64,000 nt of DNA from an uncultured archaeon (GCA_963787445.1 CAWBCT010000005.1:480001-544000); one strand, 5' to 3'; shown: positions 19,980 through 29,740, counted from the first letter of the stretch. Numbers and translations are program-made. Notes: a model not told the origin generated them from the letters alone.

Positions 19980-20258
19980 GTGGAAGGCCAGGCGTCTTAT
20001 AAGGTTCCGGGAGGCAAGCTGCTTAACGCAAAGGTCAGCTTTGACAAAAAGATCAAAAAAGTGCAGCTGACCGGAGACTTTTTTGCCTACCCGGAGGAAG
20101 GGATACTCTGGATCGAATCTGCCCTGGTTGGCATCGACTCTGACGGAAAGCAGATCCTGCAGAAGGCCTCGGAAGCGATAGGCGCCGGCAAGATTGAGCT
20201 GATAGGCATAGATGCGGCTGCCATAGCCCGGGTCGTAAAAGAGGCGATGAAAGCATGA
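19980..20258 (+). CDS. lipoate-protein ligase C-terminal domain subunit (LplB-like)
   Basis: YKVPGGKLL, LTGDFFAYPEE; overlaps the lplA start. Confidence 0.85.
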   Translation: MEGQASYKVPGGKLLNAKVSFDKKIKKVQLTGDFFAYPEEGILWIESALVGIDSDGKQILQKASEAIGAGKIELIGIDAAAIARVVKEAMKA

Positions 20259-20998
20259 GATGGAGGGTACTCCCGCTGGAACAGCACGATGCCTTCACCA
20301 ACATGGCCCTGGACGAGGCGATAATGGAGTGCATGGCGAGCGGAGACGCAGAGCCCACGATCCGCTTCTACACCTGGAAGCCCAGTGCCGTGTCCATAGG
20401 CCGATTCCAGAGCCTGAACGACGAGATAAATGTGGACCAGTGCAAGGAGTTGGGTGTTGATTTTGTTCGGCGGCTGACAGGCGGCGGCGCGGTCTATCAC
20501 GATGAGGAAGGAGAGATAACCTACAGCATCATAGCTCCTGAGAAACTCTTTCCCAAGGGCATACACGAAAGCTACGGGGAGATATGCGGCTACGTGATTG
20601 ACGGGCTTGCCGAACTGGGAATAAATGCCTCATTTGCGCCGATAAACGATATACTTCTGAACGGGAAGAAGATCTCTGGAAACGCGCAAACGAGGAAGCA
20701 GGGGGTGCTGCTGCAGCACGGCACCATACTCTACCGGACAAACGTTGCAAAGATGTTCTCCCTACTTCAGGTGAGCAAGGAGAAGCTCTCGGACAAGATG
20801 ATAAAGAGCGCCGAGGAGCGCGTTACCTCTGTCACGGCAAGCAAAGATGTCAGCCTGTGCGAGCTTTATACCGCGCTCCTCCACGGGTTCACGAAGGGCA
20901 AGAAGTTTGAGTTCGGCGTTCTTAGCTACAAAGAGGTTGAGATGATTAAAACTCTGCACGAAAGATACCGCAGCAGCTCCTGGAACTTCATGCGTTGA
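20255..20998 (+). CDS. lplA: lipoate-protein ligase A catalytic domain
   Basis: NMALDE, RRLTGGGAVYHD, ND, KKISGNAQ, QHGT. Confidence 0.93.
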   Translation: MRWRVLPLEQHDAFTNMALDEAIMECMASGDAEPTIRFYTWKPSAVSIGRFQSLNDEINVDQCKELGVDFVRRLTGGGAVYHDEEGEITYSIIAPEKLFPKGIHESYGEICGYVIDGLAELGINASFAPINDILLNGKKISGNAQTRKQGVLLQHGTILYRTNVAKMFSLLQVSKEKLSDKMIKSAEERVTSVTASKDVSLCELYTALLHGFTKGKKFEFGVLSYKEVEMIKTLHERYRSSSWNFMR

Positions 20999-21062
20999 GC
21001 GTGCAAAGCCAGGACACAACGTTTTTATACCAGATGGGGCAACAACATAATTCCGTGATTAG

Positions 21063-21239
21063 ATGAAACTATCTACGCTAAAAGGAAACGAAAAACAGCC
21101 TCCTAGAGAAAATGCAGCCGCAACTGCCTGGACGTTTTCCCGCACCTCCCTTACGGGAAATAGCATTAGAGTTGAGATACACCCAGTCCCTAAACAACCG
21201 CTAGCGGGGTTGATACGCCCTCTAACTCCCTCCCATTAA
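21063..21239 (+). CDS. putative 58-aa orphan protein overlapping the lipA 3' end
   Basis: Manual ORF MKLSTLKGNEKQPPRENAAATAWTFSRTSLTGNSIRVEIHPVPKQPLAGLIRPLTPSH, with TTTTATA and GTGAT upstream. Confidence 0.35.
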   Translation: MKLSTLKGNEKQPPRENAAATAWTFSRTSLTGNSIRVEIHPVPKQPLAGLIRPLTPSH

Positions 21240-22092
21240 GCATCGTCTTTGCGAACGCCTCCCCCGCCAGGTAAGAGCTCCTGACGAAAGGGCCCGCCGC
21301 AACGTATAGGAAGCCTTTCTGAAGTGCAATCTCCTTTAGTCTTCCAAATTTCTCCGGCTTCACATACTCCTTTACCTCTGCATGTGCCTGACTTGGTCTC
21401 AGGTACTGTCCAAGAGCAAGGAAATCGACGCCGGAGGTCCGTAAATCGACAAAAGCCGACTCCAGCTCCTCTTCTGTCTCGCCAAGCCCGAGCATCATTG
21501 CAGACTTTGTATAAATCGACTGGTCAAGCGACTTAATCTTTCTTAGGACCTCCAAAGACTGGCGATAGCCTGCGCGCCTGTCCCTTATCTCTGGATTCAA
21601 CCTTTCCACACTCTCAATATTATGTCCCACAACATCAGGTCTCGCTTCCGCTATCTTTCTTAGGCACTCATCCTCATCCCTGAAGTCCGGGATAAGCACT
21701 TCTATCTTTGTGGCTGGGCTATGTCTCTTTATCGCAGCAACGCAATTCGCAAAATGGCCTGCTCCCTGATCCGGAAGGTCATCCCTGCAAACCGAGGTTA
21801 TCACTATGTAACCAAGCCCCCACTTCTGCACAAGCTTTCCGAGCTTCTCAGGCTCCTGGGTGTCAACTTCGCCACCCTTAGCCCGTTTCTGAACCGCACA
21901 GAACTTGCAGCCCCTTGTGCATAGGTCCCCAAGAACCATGAAGGTGGCGGTTCCTGCGCTCCAGCACTCCGCCAGGTTGGGGCAGTGAGCCTCCACACAG
22001 ACGGTGTGAAGTCCAGATTCGTTTATCTGCTCCTTTATGTTCGAATAGGTCTTAGTGGAAGCAGGACGGATAGAGAGCCAGTCGGGCAGCAT
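21190..22092 (-). CDS. lipA: lipoyl synthase (radical SAM)
   Basis: CVEAHCPNLAEC (CX4CX5C), CTRGCKFC (CX3CX2C), RSSY. Confidence 0.96.
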   Translation of the reverse strand: MLPDWLSIRPASTKTYSNIKEQINESGLHTVCVEAHCPNLAECWSAGTATFMVLGDLCTRGCKFCAVQKRAKGGEVDTQEPEKLGKLVQKWGLGYIVITSVCRDDLPDQGAGHFANCVAAIKRHSPATKIEVLIPDFRDEDECLRKIAEARPDVVGHNIESVERLNPEIRDRRAGYRQSLEVLRKIKSLDQSIYTKSAMMLGLGETEEELESAFVDLRTSGVDFLALGQYLRPSQAHAEVKEYVKPEKFGRLKEIALQKGFLYVAAGPFVRSSYLAGEAFAKTMLNGRELEGVSTPLAVV

Positions 22093-22162
22093 ATGCTCGG
22101 TAGTAAGGTCTACCGTTGAAAATAAATACTATAGCTTCAGATACTCTTCAGGCTATTGCACC

Positions 22163-22912
22163 CTAAATCCATATCATGCTAGCGAACTTTTCCATGACAT
22201 CTCTTTTCACGTCCGAATAGCTGGGTGGAGACCTAACGTATGCTCCTATAGAATCCCACACGGGCTGGATGTTATCAACACTCTCGCCGAACTCCTTTAC
22301 CGAAAAGCGCCTCTTTATAAACTTGAATTTCAGGGCTATGAGCCCAGGATCAACACCGATGCCCTTGCTCAGTAGGAAATGCAGGTCGTAGAGATCCCTG
22401 GCCTTCGTCGCGTTTCTGCTCACAATGGCCCTCACTTTCTCGGCAAGTATCTCCCTCTCGTCCATTACGTGCAGTATGTACGGCTGGGGATCCCCGTAAA
22501 CGGGTTTCACTATGTGCGCCCTTGTTTTGATTACTGTTTGCTCTTCCACAACGTCCACCCTAATGCTTTGAATGGTCGCCGGCCCGCGGACCATCAGCCT
22601 GAATGTTGCCAAACCACGGGCTGTAGTACGATCCTCATCAACATTGTTAACTATCTCGCAAAAGTTTGACGCGTTGTCTATGCCATCATCAACCTCCACC
22701 ATCGCGTCTCCCGCGCCGATGCTGAAATCCAGGTCCTCCGAGAACCTATCCAGCCCGTAAATCTTCTGCAACGCAGTCCCACCTTTGAAAACCACACCGC
22801 TGCCAATCTTCTCCGAAAGCCCCTTGAGCACCAGATGCTGCAGATAGTCCTTTTCTATCTGTTCTGCAGTCTGGAAAGTTTTATGTGAAAATAAGGCGTC
22901 CCTGTTGAGCAT
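22163..22912 (-). CDS. abiEii: AbiEii-family nucleotidyltransferase toxin (type IV TA)
   Basis: FKGGTAL, RFSEDLDF, EKVRA, RDLYD; probable start 22912. Confidence 0.9.
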   Translation of the reverse strand: MLNRDALFSHKTFQTAEQIEKDYLQHLVLKGLSEKIGSGVVFKGGTALQKIYGLDRFSEDLDFSIGAGDAMVEVDDGIDNASNFCEIVNNVDEDRTTARGLATFRLMVRGPATIQSIRVDVVEEQTVIKTRAHIVKPVYGDPQPYILHVMDEREILAEKVRAIVSRNATKARDLYDLHFLLSKGIGVDPGLIALKFKFIKRRFSVKEFGESVDNIQPVWDSIGAYVRSPPSYSDVKRDVMEKFASMIWI

Positions 22913-22917
22913 CACAA

Positions 22918-23619
22918 TCACGTAGGGAAGGCAAGCCACCGTTTCTCATAAAGGACACGCCATTCCGCATCCTTCAGATCCGCCTTTGCGGAGAGCTTTG
23001 TCCAGTTGTAGGGCCTGTATCTTTTAAGCGCCCGCGCGTCAAACTTGAATAGCTTGAGCAAAAATCCAACTCTTGCCGCAAGCGCCATGCTATCCATCTC
23101 TATTGTAAGGTTTATGAGCGCCTCTATATTAATTTTCTTGCGGCCCAAGGCGCTCCCGAATGCCTCCATGCACTCGCCGAATCCCACGCCCAGGTACAAT
23201 GAATCTATTATGGCCTTTTCTACGCTTGCCACCACAACGCCGTTCGCCGTAACATATCCGAACAGCCTTTTTCTCTCCACACTCAAAAACCTTATGGTAT
23301 ACCCGCCGATTCGCATCGCCTTGTGTCTCCTGCTCGATGCGACAGTTATGACATTTGGAATCTGAGTCGTGAGGTTGTGCAGCCTGAAGGCGGTTTCAAG
23401 GTCGAGGTAAGACGGCGAAAGCACGTGCGACGCAATCTCGTATATGCCGGTCCCGTCAATGTAGTACTTGCCCCGTTCAAGCCGCCGCACGCCCTTGGCC
23501 CTTGAAAGGAAGAGCGAAGCGTATTTCGGGCTCTTTCCCATAAGTTTGCCTGCATCCTTGACGGTAAACACGCGCATGCCGTTTTCGGCCAAAAGTGCCA
23601 CAAGGCTTTCGGCTTTCAT
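22918..23619 (-). CDS. abiEi: AbiEi-family antitoxin/transcriptional regulator
   Basis: N-terminal wHTH (RLERGKY), PSYL..TAF..HNLTTQIP, EKAIID. Confidence 0.85.
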   Translation of the reverse strand: MKAESLVALLAENGMRVFTVKDAGKLMGKSPKYASLFLSRAKGVRRLERGKYYIDGTGIYEIASHVLSPSYLDLETAFRLHNLTTQIPNVITVASSRRHKAMRIGGYTIRFLSVERKRLFGYVTANGVVVASVEKAIIDSLYLGVGFGECMEAFGSALGRKKINIEALINLTIEMDSMALAARVGFLLKLFKFDARALKRYRPYNWTKLSAKADLKDAEWRVLYEKRWLAFPT

Positions 23620-23727
23620 GATCCCATTACCACGCCAAGATATATAAATCTTATTCTATGCTCTTTTATCCATCTTAATATAGATATAAAGACATCAAAT
23701 ACTAATAATAGTGTAGTTTTATCATAA

Positions 23728-23841
23728 ATTCGGGTAGCGCGCCCAACGCACATTGTGTGTAGTCCTGAAACTATTATCTGCTCCTTTATGCCGGAGTAGG
23801 CCTGGGTGGAAGCGGGGCGTATAGAGAGCCATTCGGGTAGC
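23728..23841. repeat. 11-bp direct repeat ATTCGGGTAGC at 23728-23738 and 23831-23841
   Basis: Exact match read from the sequence; bounds the lipA fragment. Confidence 0.8.
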
Positions 23842-23843
23842 AT
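23745..23843 (-). pseudogene. lipA: truncated duplicate of the lipA 5' end (33 codons)
   Basis: MLPEWLSIRPASTQAYSGIKEQIIVSGLHTMCV versus lipA MLPDWLSIRPASTKTYSNIKEQINESGLHTVCV, 26/33 aa identical; the frame then runs into AT-rich non-homologous DNA. Confidence 0.9.
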
Positions 23844-23852
23844 GCTCTCACT

Positions 23853-26189
23853 TCAGACGAAGCGTCCCGTGGTCTGCACTGGCATGACGCCGCCGGGCGG
23901 AAGTATCCTCGTACGCACCCACTCGGTGTTTAATGTGGCGCCAAACGTAGTTGAGCCACTCAGGGACCCTTGGTAGAGACCCAGGTACGCGTATTCGCTG
24001 TTACCGTAAGTGCCCGAGACGCTTGCAGTGTTGTAATTCAGATAAGCGTAGATTGTTGTGCTCGACATGGCCGAACCGACAATATAATACTGATTTGACG
24101 TGAAGCTTCCAATATTGTACGCATTCCATAGGTTGTACGCAGTTCCGCCGTTATCGTTTGCCCATTCACCAACATATGATGTTTCGAATAAGGAAAGTAC
24201 TACGTTGTTGTCGCCTCCGTTGCTGCTCATAAGGCCCTGTGCATTCGCCTGCGACAGACCAGAAACGACTATGGAGCTGCTCGACGCGGATTGGTAGGCC
24301 TCTAGCACGTTGCCGACAGAATAAAATAGCGGGGAGTTCGAATATAATGCGCCGGCGCTTATTGCGAGGCCGTTGTTCACGGTGTAGCTCGCCCCGCTGG
24401 AAGCGGCCCAGGTCGATCTCAGGATCCCGCCCTTAAAGTCGTCGTAGAAGTTGAACACTTTTGCGCCGTTGTCGTTCTGCCCATAGATCAAAGAAAGCTG
24501 CGGCGCCTCGCCCATCGGCCCGCCATTCGACATCACGCTGTAGGGCATGAAGTTCATGAAGATCGTGATGCTAGAGCTCGCCGGTATGCCACCCGGCAGG
24601 TTCACCCAAACGACTGTGTTGGTAGAGGTGGTTAATGCGCCGGACTCTATCCACGCCTGGAGCACGTTTCCGCTCCCGCCGCTTCCCGTGCTAAACTCCA
24701 CATTGGACCAGTTTGCAGCTATGTACGGGGCGTAGGACAGGGCGTTCGCAGTGATCATCTGCTGGAAGTTGCTGCCTGTTCCGGTACTTTGCGAGTTTGT
24801 CAGAGTTATCGGAACGTAATAGACCAGGCCACCCACAGTCACGTTCACAGGTATAACATAATTAGACACGCCATACGTTTGGTTTATTGCCACATTCTCA
24901 AGATATGACACAGAGAAACGGAACGGCCCCTGCTGTGCCACCTTGAGGTTCGTCTCGTTTACCGATACCAAACCTGTGTTGCTGAAGTTAGACAACAGCA
25001 ACGAATTATATTTCTGAAAGTTCAGTGAACCCATGGCCTTACTAAAGTAGTCACTGGCTGCGGTTCCGGTCCCGAAAGGCGCAAACGCCATGCCATAGGG
25101 TCGGTTAAACCCGGCCCATGCAATCGAGCCCACTACCGAACTTGAGGAGGTGTTTACTATGACCACGTTGCTGGAGCCATAGTTCGTAATGTACGCATAG
25201 GCTCCGGAAGGCGCGAACGCGATTCCAACGGGCCCGTTAAGCCCGGCCGTGAATGAACCTGTTATTGTTTTTGTCGAAGTGTTGACTATAACCACGTTGC
25301 TGGCACCGTATTCCGCCATGTACGCATAGGCTCCGGAAGGCGCGAACGCAATGCCGTAAACACCACCGACCCCTATCGATCCCACTACGCCATTTGTTGC
25401 CGTGTTGACTATAACTACGTTGCCACTGCCGAGGTTTGAAACATACGCGTAAGTCCCGGAAGGCGCGAACGCAACACCGACAGGTGCGTTAATGCCGTTC
25501 GTGATCGCACCCGCCACTGTGCTCGTCGCAGTGTTTATTATGGCCACATTACTGGAGCCATAGTTCGTAACGTATGCGTAAGACCCGGATGGCGCAAACG
25601 CGTCTAGATATGGATTCGGAGCCGTGTCTGTAATCGAGCCCACCCCGGTGCCTGTTGCCGTGTTGACTACGACCACGTTACTCGCAACGTGGTTTATTAT
25701 GTATGCATATGCCCCAGAAGGCGCAAATGCAACCCCAATGGGCGTCGACCCGCCTACGATCGAGCCCACAACAGTGCCTGTTGCCGTGTTGACTATGATC
25801 ACGTTGCTGCCACCGTAGTTCGCAATGTATGCGTATTGCCCATAACCTGAGATGGTACCGTTCGTAATCAGGGAGGCGATGTAACCGCCCAGGTTTATGT
25901 TGAAGAGCGTGTTTGTCCCGCTGAGCGAGGTGTTGTAGGCATAGTAGCTGATTGCCGTAGCGGCGGTCTGGGCGCTTGCATTCGCAAACGCAAAAGAGCT
26001 CTGCCTAAGGACCCCGGCGAGGGTCACCGAGGCCGACGCAGGGCCGATGCGCGCGGCTATCTGGTTATACTGTATGTTTATCACGGCGAAGATGAACATC
26101 ACCGCAAACACGAGGATGAAGATGAGGAGCACGGTCATCGTCATCAGCTGCGCCTTGAATACTGTCCTGTTAACTCCTTTCATCGCCAT
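23853..26189 (-). CDS. pilin-like surface protein with six YVTN beta-propeller repeats and a DUF2341-like domain
   Basis: KAQ plus hydrophobic N-terminus; repeats YAY..N..S.NV.IVNT.T..VVG.I....P.G.AFAPSG; YYVPITLTN...WIES...VWVNL. Confidence 0.8.
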   Translation of the reverse strand: MAMKGVNRTVFKAQLMTMTVLLIFILVFAVMFIFAVINIQYNQIAARIGPASASVTLAGVLRQSSFAFANASAQTAATAISYYAYNTSLSGTNTLFNINLGGYIASLITNGTISGYGQYAYIANYGGSNVIIVNTATGTVVGSIVGGSTPIGVAFAPSGAYAYIINHVASNVVVVNTATGTGVGSITDTAPNPYLDAFAPSGSYAYVTNYGSSNVAIINTATSTVAGAITNGINAPVGVAFAPSGTYAYVSNLGSGNVVIVNTATNGVVGSIGVGGVYGIAFAPSGAYAYMAEYGASNVVIVNTSTKTITGSFTAGLNGPVGIAFAPSGAYAYITNYGSSNVVIVNTSSSSVVGSIAWAGFNRPYGMAFAPFGTGTAASDYFSKAMGSLNFQKYNSLLLSNFSNTGLVSVNETNLKVAQQGPFRFSVSYLENVAINQTYGVSNYVIPVNVTVGGLVYYVPITLTNSQSTGTGSNFQQMITANALSYAPYIAANWSNVEFSTGSGGSGNVLQAWIESGALTTSTNTVVWVNLPGGIPASSSITIFMNFMPYSVMSNGGPMGEAPQLSLIYGQNDNGAKVFNFYDDFKGGILRSTWAASSGASYTVNNGLAISAGALYSNSPLFYSVGNVLEAYQSASSSSIVVSGLSQANAQGLMSSNGGDNNVVLSLFETSYVGEWANDNGGTAYNLWNAYNIGSFTSNQYYIVGSAMSSTTIYAYLNYNTASVSGTYGNSEYAYLGLYQGSLSGSTTFGATLNTEWVRTRILPPGGVMPVQTTGRFV
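25071..25835 (-). repeat. six intragenic YVTN-type repeats of about 42 aa
   Basis: Recurring GG(C/T)GC(A/G)AA(C/T)GC DNA motif on the + strand (AFAP) and repeated peptide. Confidence 0.9.
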
Positions 26190-27955
26190 GTGTAAACACC
26201 GACCGAGTAGAGCCTAGGGGTGTAGGAGTACACCGCATTTGAGCTGTAAAGCGAAGCGTACTTGCTGAAAGGCAGCAGGGTTCCTGCGCGGGAGACGCTG
26301 TAGGAGTTAGTAAAGCCCGCCGGAATGTAATTTCCGTTAAAGTATACGACGTTTGAAGGTATGCCTGTATTGCCAAATCCGCTGTAGTCTTTCGAATCAC
26401 CCTCAAGCAGCCACCAGCCTACGTTGCCTGCACCAGAAATTGGAGGTGCCGCTAAGCCCTCTTGGTATAACGCAGAGATTTGGGTTGATGTGAGCGAGGT
26501 GTTGTAGATCTGGACATCTGCAATTGAACCTGGGAAGAAGTAGCCGTAGTTTGATTCACCCCCAATTATTAAATCCTGAGTGGTAGCCCACGAACCAGTT
26601 CCCGAAGTAGTTGAATTTCTCATCACCCCATCAACCCATATGCTCCAAGTCGAGCCGCTTCTCATACCCACCACATAATGCCAATTACCATCATTAATCA
26701 TGTTTGTGGTTCCGCTTGTCTGATATGTGGTTCCAGGTGCCGCTCTGCCAGCAAAATTAATCCTGCCGTTATTTAGTACTAATTCCCAACCTAGACCGGC
26801 ACCATACTTTGCTGATGCAACAACAAGACTGTTCGTATTGAATCTTAACCATTCTGAGACAACGATATTTCCAGGAACATTCAACAACGCCCCATTTCCC
26901 GCATCAATATAGCTGTTCTGCCCATTCAAATAGGCAGTATTCAAGGCAGGCCCATATGCGCCGCTTGCGCCGTATCCATTCGGCAAGCTTGGGGAGATGT
27001 AGTTGTTTTGTGCAAACATTATGCTATTTGTGGATCCTTGGTTGTTGTTTCCACTGTAATCCGCTGTATCACCTTCAAGTGGCCACCAACCCGCGTTGCC
27101 TGCGTTGCTTAATGGTGCACCTGTAAGGCCTTCCTGATACAGCGAGGCGACCTGTCCGCTAGGAAGCGCGGTGTCATAAAACTGGACATTTGCTATCGAA
27201 CCGGTGTAGTACCCTCCGCAGGTGCTTGGGGGACCATCGCACTGCACGCCGATCTGATTGGTTAGCGTGCTGCCTGTGTTGAACGTTGCACTACCACTCG
27301 TTGCCAGCACCCCATCAACGTAAATATAAATAGTTGATCCAGGCCCCCATACTGCTACGACATTATGCCACGCCCCGTCATTTATTACCTTTGATGATGC
27401 CAGCGAACCCGTGCCGCTTGACCATACCGCAGCAACCGAATTCTCGTAAACCTGAAGCCCGTGGCCATTACCGTCCCATGTGGAGAAAAGTATACCATAG
27501 GTGGTGGTTGACTTCATCCACAAGCTTACGGTGACTGTGCTGGGTGGATTGTCGATGGGAGCCGAATTAGGTATGACTACCCAGCTCTGCCCATTGAACT
27601 GTGCAACCGGAGGCGCACTTATTCCATTTATGAATACGCCGTAGTTACTACTTGGATTAACTGTGTCCAGCAGGTAGGTTGCGCAGCTGCCGCTTCCGTT
27701 AAGATAATATTGAACGGCTGCCTGCAGCACTGTCGCCCCAGACATCGGGTTGCACTGCGCGAGCGCGCCGAAGGAAGCGGCCGAGAGGCTGCCTACTTTT
27801 ATCGTGCTCAGCAGGTTGAGTATCGACTGTGCCTGGCCCGATGCAAGCGTGTAGGGGCTTCCGGTGGCGTAGTTGAAGTAGACGACTATGGAGATTGCGG
27901 CGCCGACTATCACCAACGCGAAGATCGCGTCGGTGGTAAAGATCATTCCTTTCAT
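26180..27955 (-). CDS. pilin-like surface protein with two LamG/concanavalin domains
   Basis: MKGMIFTTDAIFAL class III-like signal; two GSIA.VQ.Y...LYQEGL...GWW.LEGD..DYSG units; start reset to ATG 27955. Confidence 0.82.
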   Translation of the reverse strand: MKGMIFTTDAIFALVIVGAAISIVVYFNYATGSPYTLASGQAQSILNLLSTIKVGSLSAASFGALAQCNPMSGATVLQAAVQYYLNGSGSCATYLLDTVNPSSNYGVFINGISAPPVAQFNGQSWVVIPNSAPIDNPPSTVTVSLWMKSTTTYGILFSTWDGNGHGLQVYENSVAAVWSSGTGSLASSKVINDGAWHNVVAVWGPGSTIYIYVDGVLATSGSATFNTGSTLTNQIGVQCDGPPSTCGGYYTGSIANVQFYDTALPSGQVASLYQEGLTGAPLSNAGNAGWWPLEGDTADYSGNNNQGSTNSIMFAQNNYISPSLPNGYGASGAYGPALNTAYLNGQNSYIDAGNGALLNVPGNIVVSEWLRFNTNSLVVASAKYGAGLGWELVLNNGRINFAGRAAPGTTYQTSGTTNMINDGNWHYVVGMRSGSTWSIWVDGVMRNSTTSGTGSWATTQDLIIGGESNYGYFFPGSIADVQIYNTSLTSTQISALYQEGLAAPPISGAGNVGWWLLEGDSKDYSGFGNTGIPSNVVYFNGNYIPAGFTNSYSVSRAGTLLPFSKYASLYSSNAVYSYTPRLYSVGVYTWR

Positions 27956-28119
27956 GCGCTGCGCCCGGAGATAAGAACAATCTTTATATTTATAAACTTG
28001 CGCTACTTCCCTCACCCCCGCATCCGCAGCACGCCTTTGCCTCGGCACACGCGGCTTCTTTTATGCGACTCGCACAAAATCTCGAAATGCTTTAAATAAC
28101 TTATTGTAAAATAAACACC

Positions 28120-29709
28120 ATGCCGACAAGGTACATTGTTATATTGGGCTCAGTGATGAGTGGGCTTGGCAAGGGCGTCGTCACCTCCTCCCTCCTCAAG
28201 ACCCTTGATTTCTACGACACCACGTCGTTGCCGATAAAGTTCGACGGTTATCTCAATTATGACTGCGGCACGATGAACCCCTACCGCCACGGAGAGGTGT
28301 TCGTCCTGGATGACAGGAGCGAGGTCGACATGGACTTCGGGATCTACGAACGCTTCCTGAACAAGAGCATGTCCGGCGATCAATCCATAACCGGAGGCAA
28401 GCTGTTCGGCTCGGTGCTCGAGAAGGAGCGCAGGGGCGAGTACCTCGGAGAGGATGTCCAGATAATCCCACATCTCACGAACCGCGCCATCGAGATGATA
28501 GAGAAGGTCTCGAAAAGCGAAAAGCCCGATGTGGTTGTCATAGAGGTGGGCGGCACTGTTGGAGACATAGAAAACAGCTATTTCATCGAGGCCGTAAGGC
28601 AGCTAGCTCTCAAGGAGTCGGCCACGTTCGTCAACCTCACCTATGCACCCAGGATGGAGGTGGTGGGCGAGCAGAAGACAAAACCCGCCCAGCTGGGTTT
28701 CAGAAACCTTCTTGCAGCCGGTGTGCCTCCCCGCTTCGTAATATGCAGGAGCAACACCCGCCTGTCCGAGAAGACCAAGGAGAAGCTTGCGCTGTTCGCA
28801 AACGTGGCGAAGGAGAAGGTGATCGACGACTCCGACCTTCCAAGCATCTACGCGCTGCCGCTTCACTTCATCGAGCAGGGATTTGACAAGAAGCTGATGG
28901 AGGAGTTAGGATTTGACCGGAAGCTCAATAAAGCAAAACTCGAGAGATGGAAGCGCAGTGTAGATGAGATCTGCAATCCAAAGGGCACCGTAGAGATTGC
29001 GATAGTGGGCAAGTATACCGAACTGGTTGACGCTTATGCAAGCCTGAAGGAGGCGATCTCGCACGCAGGCGGCTCAGTCTCTGCTAAGCCAAAGATTCGC
29101 TGGGTCGAGTCCACGACCCTCGAAGGCGGCGACATGGACAAGCTCAAGGGGATAGACGCGATGATAGTTCCCGGCGGCTTCGGCAGCCGTGGGATAGAAG
29201 GGATGATAAACGCGATCCGCTACGCAAGAGAAAACAAGATTCCATACCTTGGCATCTGCCTTGGGATGCAGCTCATGGCGGTGGAGTACGCCCGCAATGT
29301 CTGCGGCCTGGAGGGCGCGAACTCCTCTGAGTTCGACCCGAAGACCAAGAATCCAATCATCCATTTGATGGAGAGCCAGAAGTTCCTCAAGCAAAAGGGC
29401 GGGACGATGAGGTTGGGGCTGTGGGAGTGCAAGCTCGCGAAGGGCAGCCAGGTGCACAGGGCCTACGGCGCCGAGAGGATAGGCGAGCGCCACAGGCACC
29501 GCTACGAGTTCAACAACGAGTACCGCAGGCAGCTGGAGAAGAAGGGCCTTGTGGTGAGCGGGACCTCGCTTGACAACAGCCTGGTCGAGTTCATAGAGTG
29601 GGCGGACGGCTTTGGGGTCGCCACCCAGGCACATCCGGAGCTGAAGTCCAGGCTCGAGGCGCCGGCGCCGCTCTTTGTGGCGCTGCTGAAAGCTGCGACG
29701 GCGCGATAG
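28120..29709 (+). CDS. pyrG: CTP synthase
   Basis: SGLGKG, HGEVFV, GGTVGDIE, GICLGMQ, RHRYE, QAHPE. Confidence 0.97.
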   Translation: MPTRYIVILGSVMSGLGKGVVTSSLLKTLDFYDTTSLPIKFDGYLNYDCGTMNPYRHGEVFVLDDRSEVDMDFGIYERFLNKSMSGDQSITGGKLFGSVLEKERRGEYLGEDVQIIPHLTNRAIEMIEKVSKSEKPDVVVIEVGGTVGDIENSYFIEAVRQLALKESATFVNLTYAPRMEVVGEQKTKPAQLGFRNLLAAGVPPRFVICRSNTRLSEKTKEKLALFANVAKEKVIDDSDLPSIYALPLHFIEQGFDKKLMEELGFDRKLNKAKLERWKRSVDEICNPKGTVEIAIVGKYTELVDAYASLKEAISHAGGSVSAKPKIRWVESTTLEGGDMDKLKGIDAMIVPGGFGSRGIEGMINAIRYARENKIPYLGICLGMQLMAVEYARNVCGLEGANSSEFDPKTKNPIIHLMESQKFLKQKGGTMRLGLWECKLAKGSQVHRAYGAERIGERHRHRYEFNNEYRRQLEKKGLVVSGTSLDNSLVEFIEWADGFGVATQAHPELKSRLEAPAPLFVALLKAATAR

Positions 29710-29740
29710 TCACTCCCAAAAGCACTTAGCTCACCTGCCC

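Noticed and set aside
23616-23843. 75-aa ORF as a real gene
   Set aside because: Only the first 33 codons are lipA-like; the rest is read-through into AT-rich intergenic DNA
25071-25835. Periodic DNA repeats as a CRISPR array or DGR template/variable repeat
   Set aside because: In-frame, degenerate protein repeats; no cas or reverse transcriptase gene in the window
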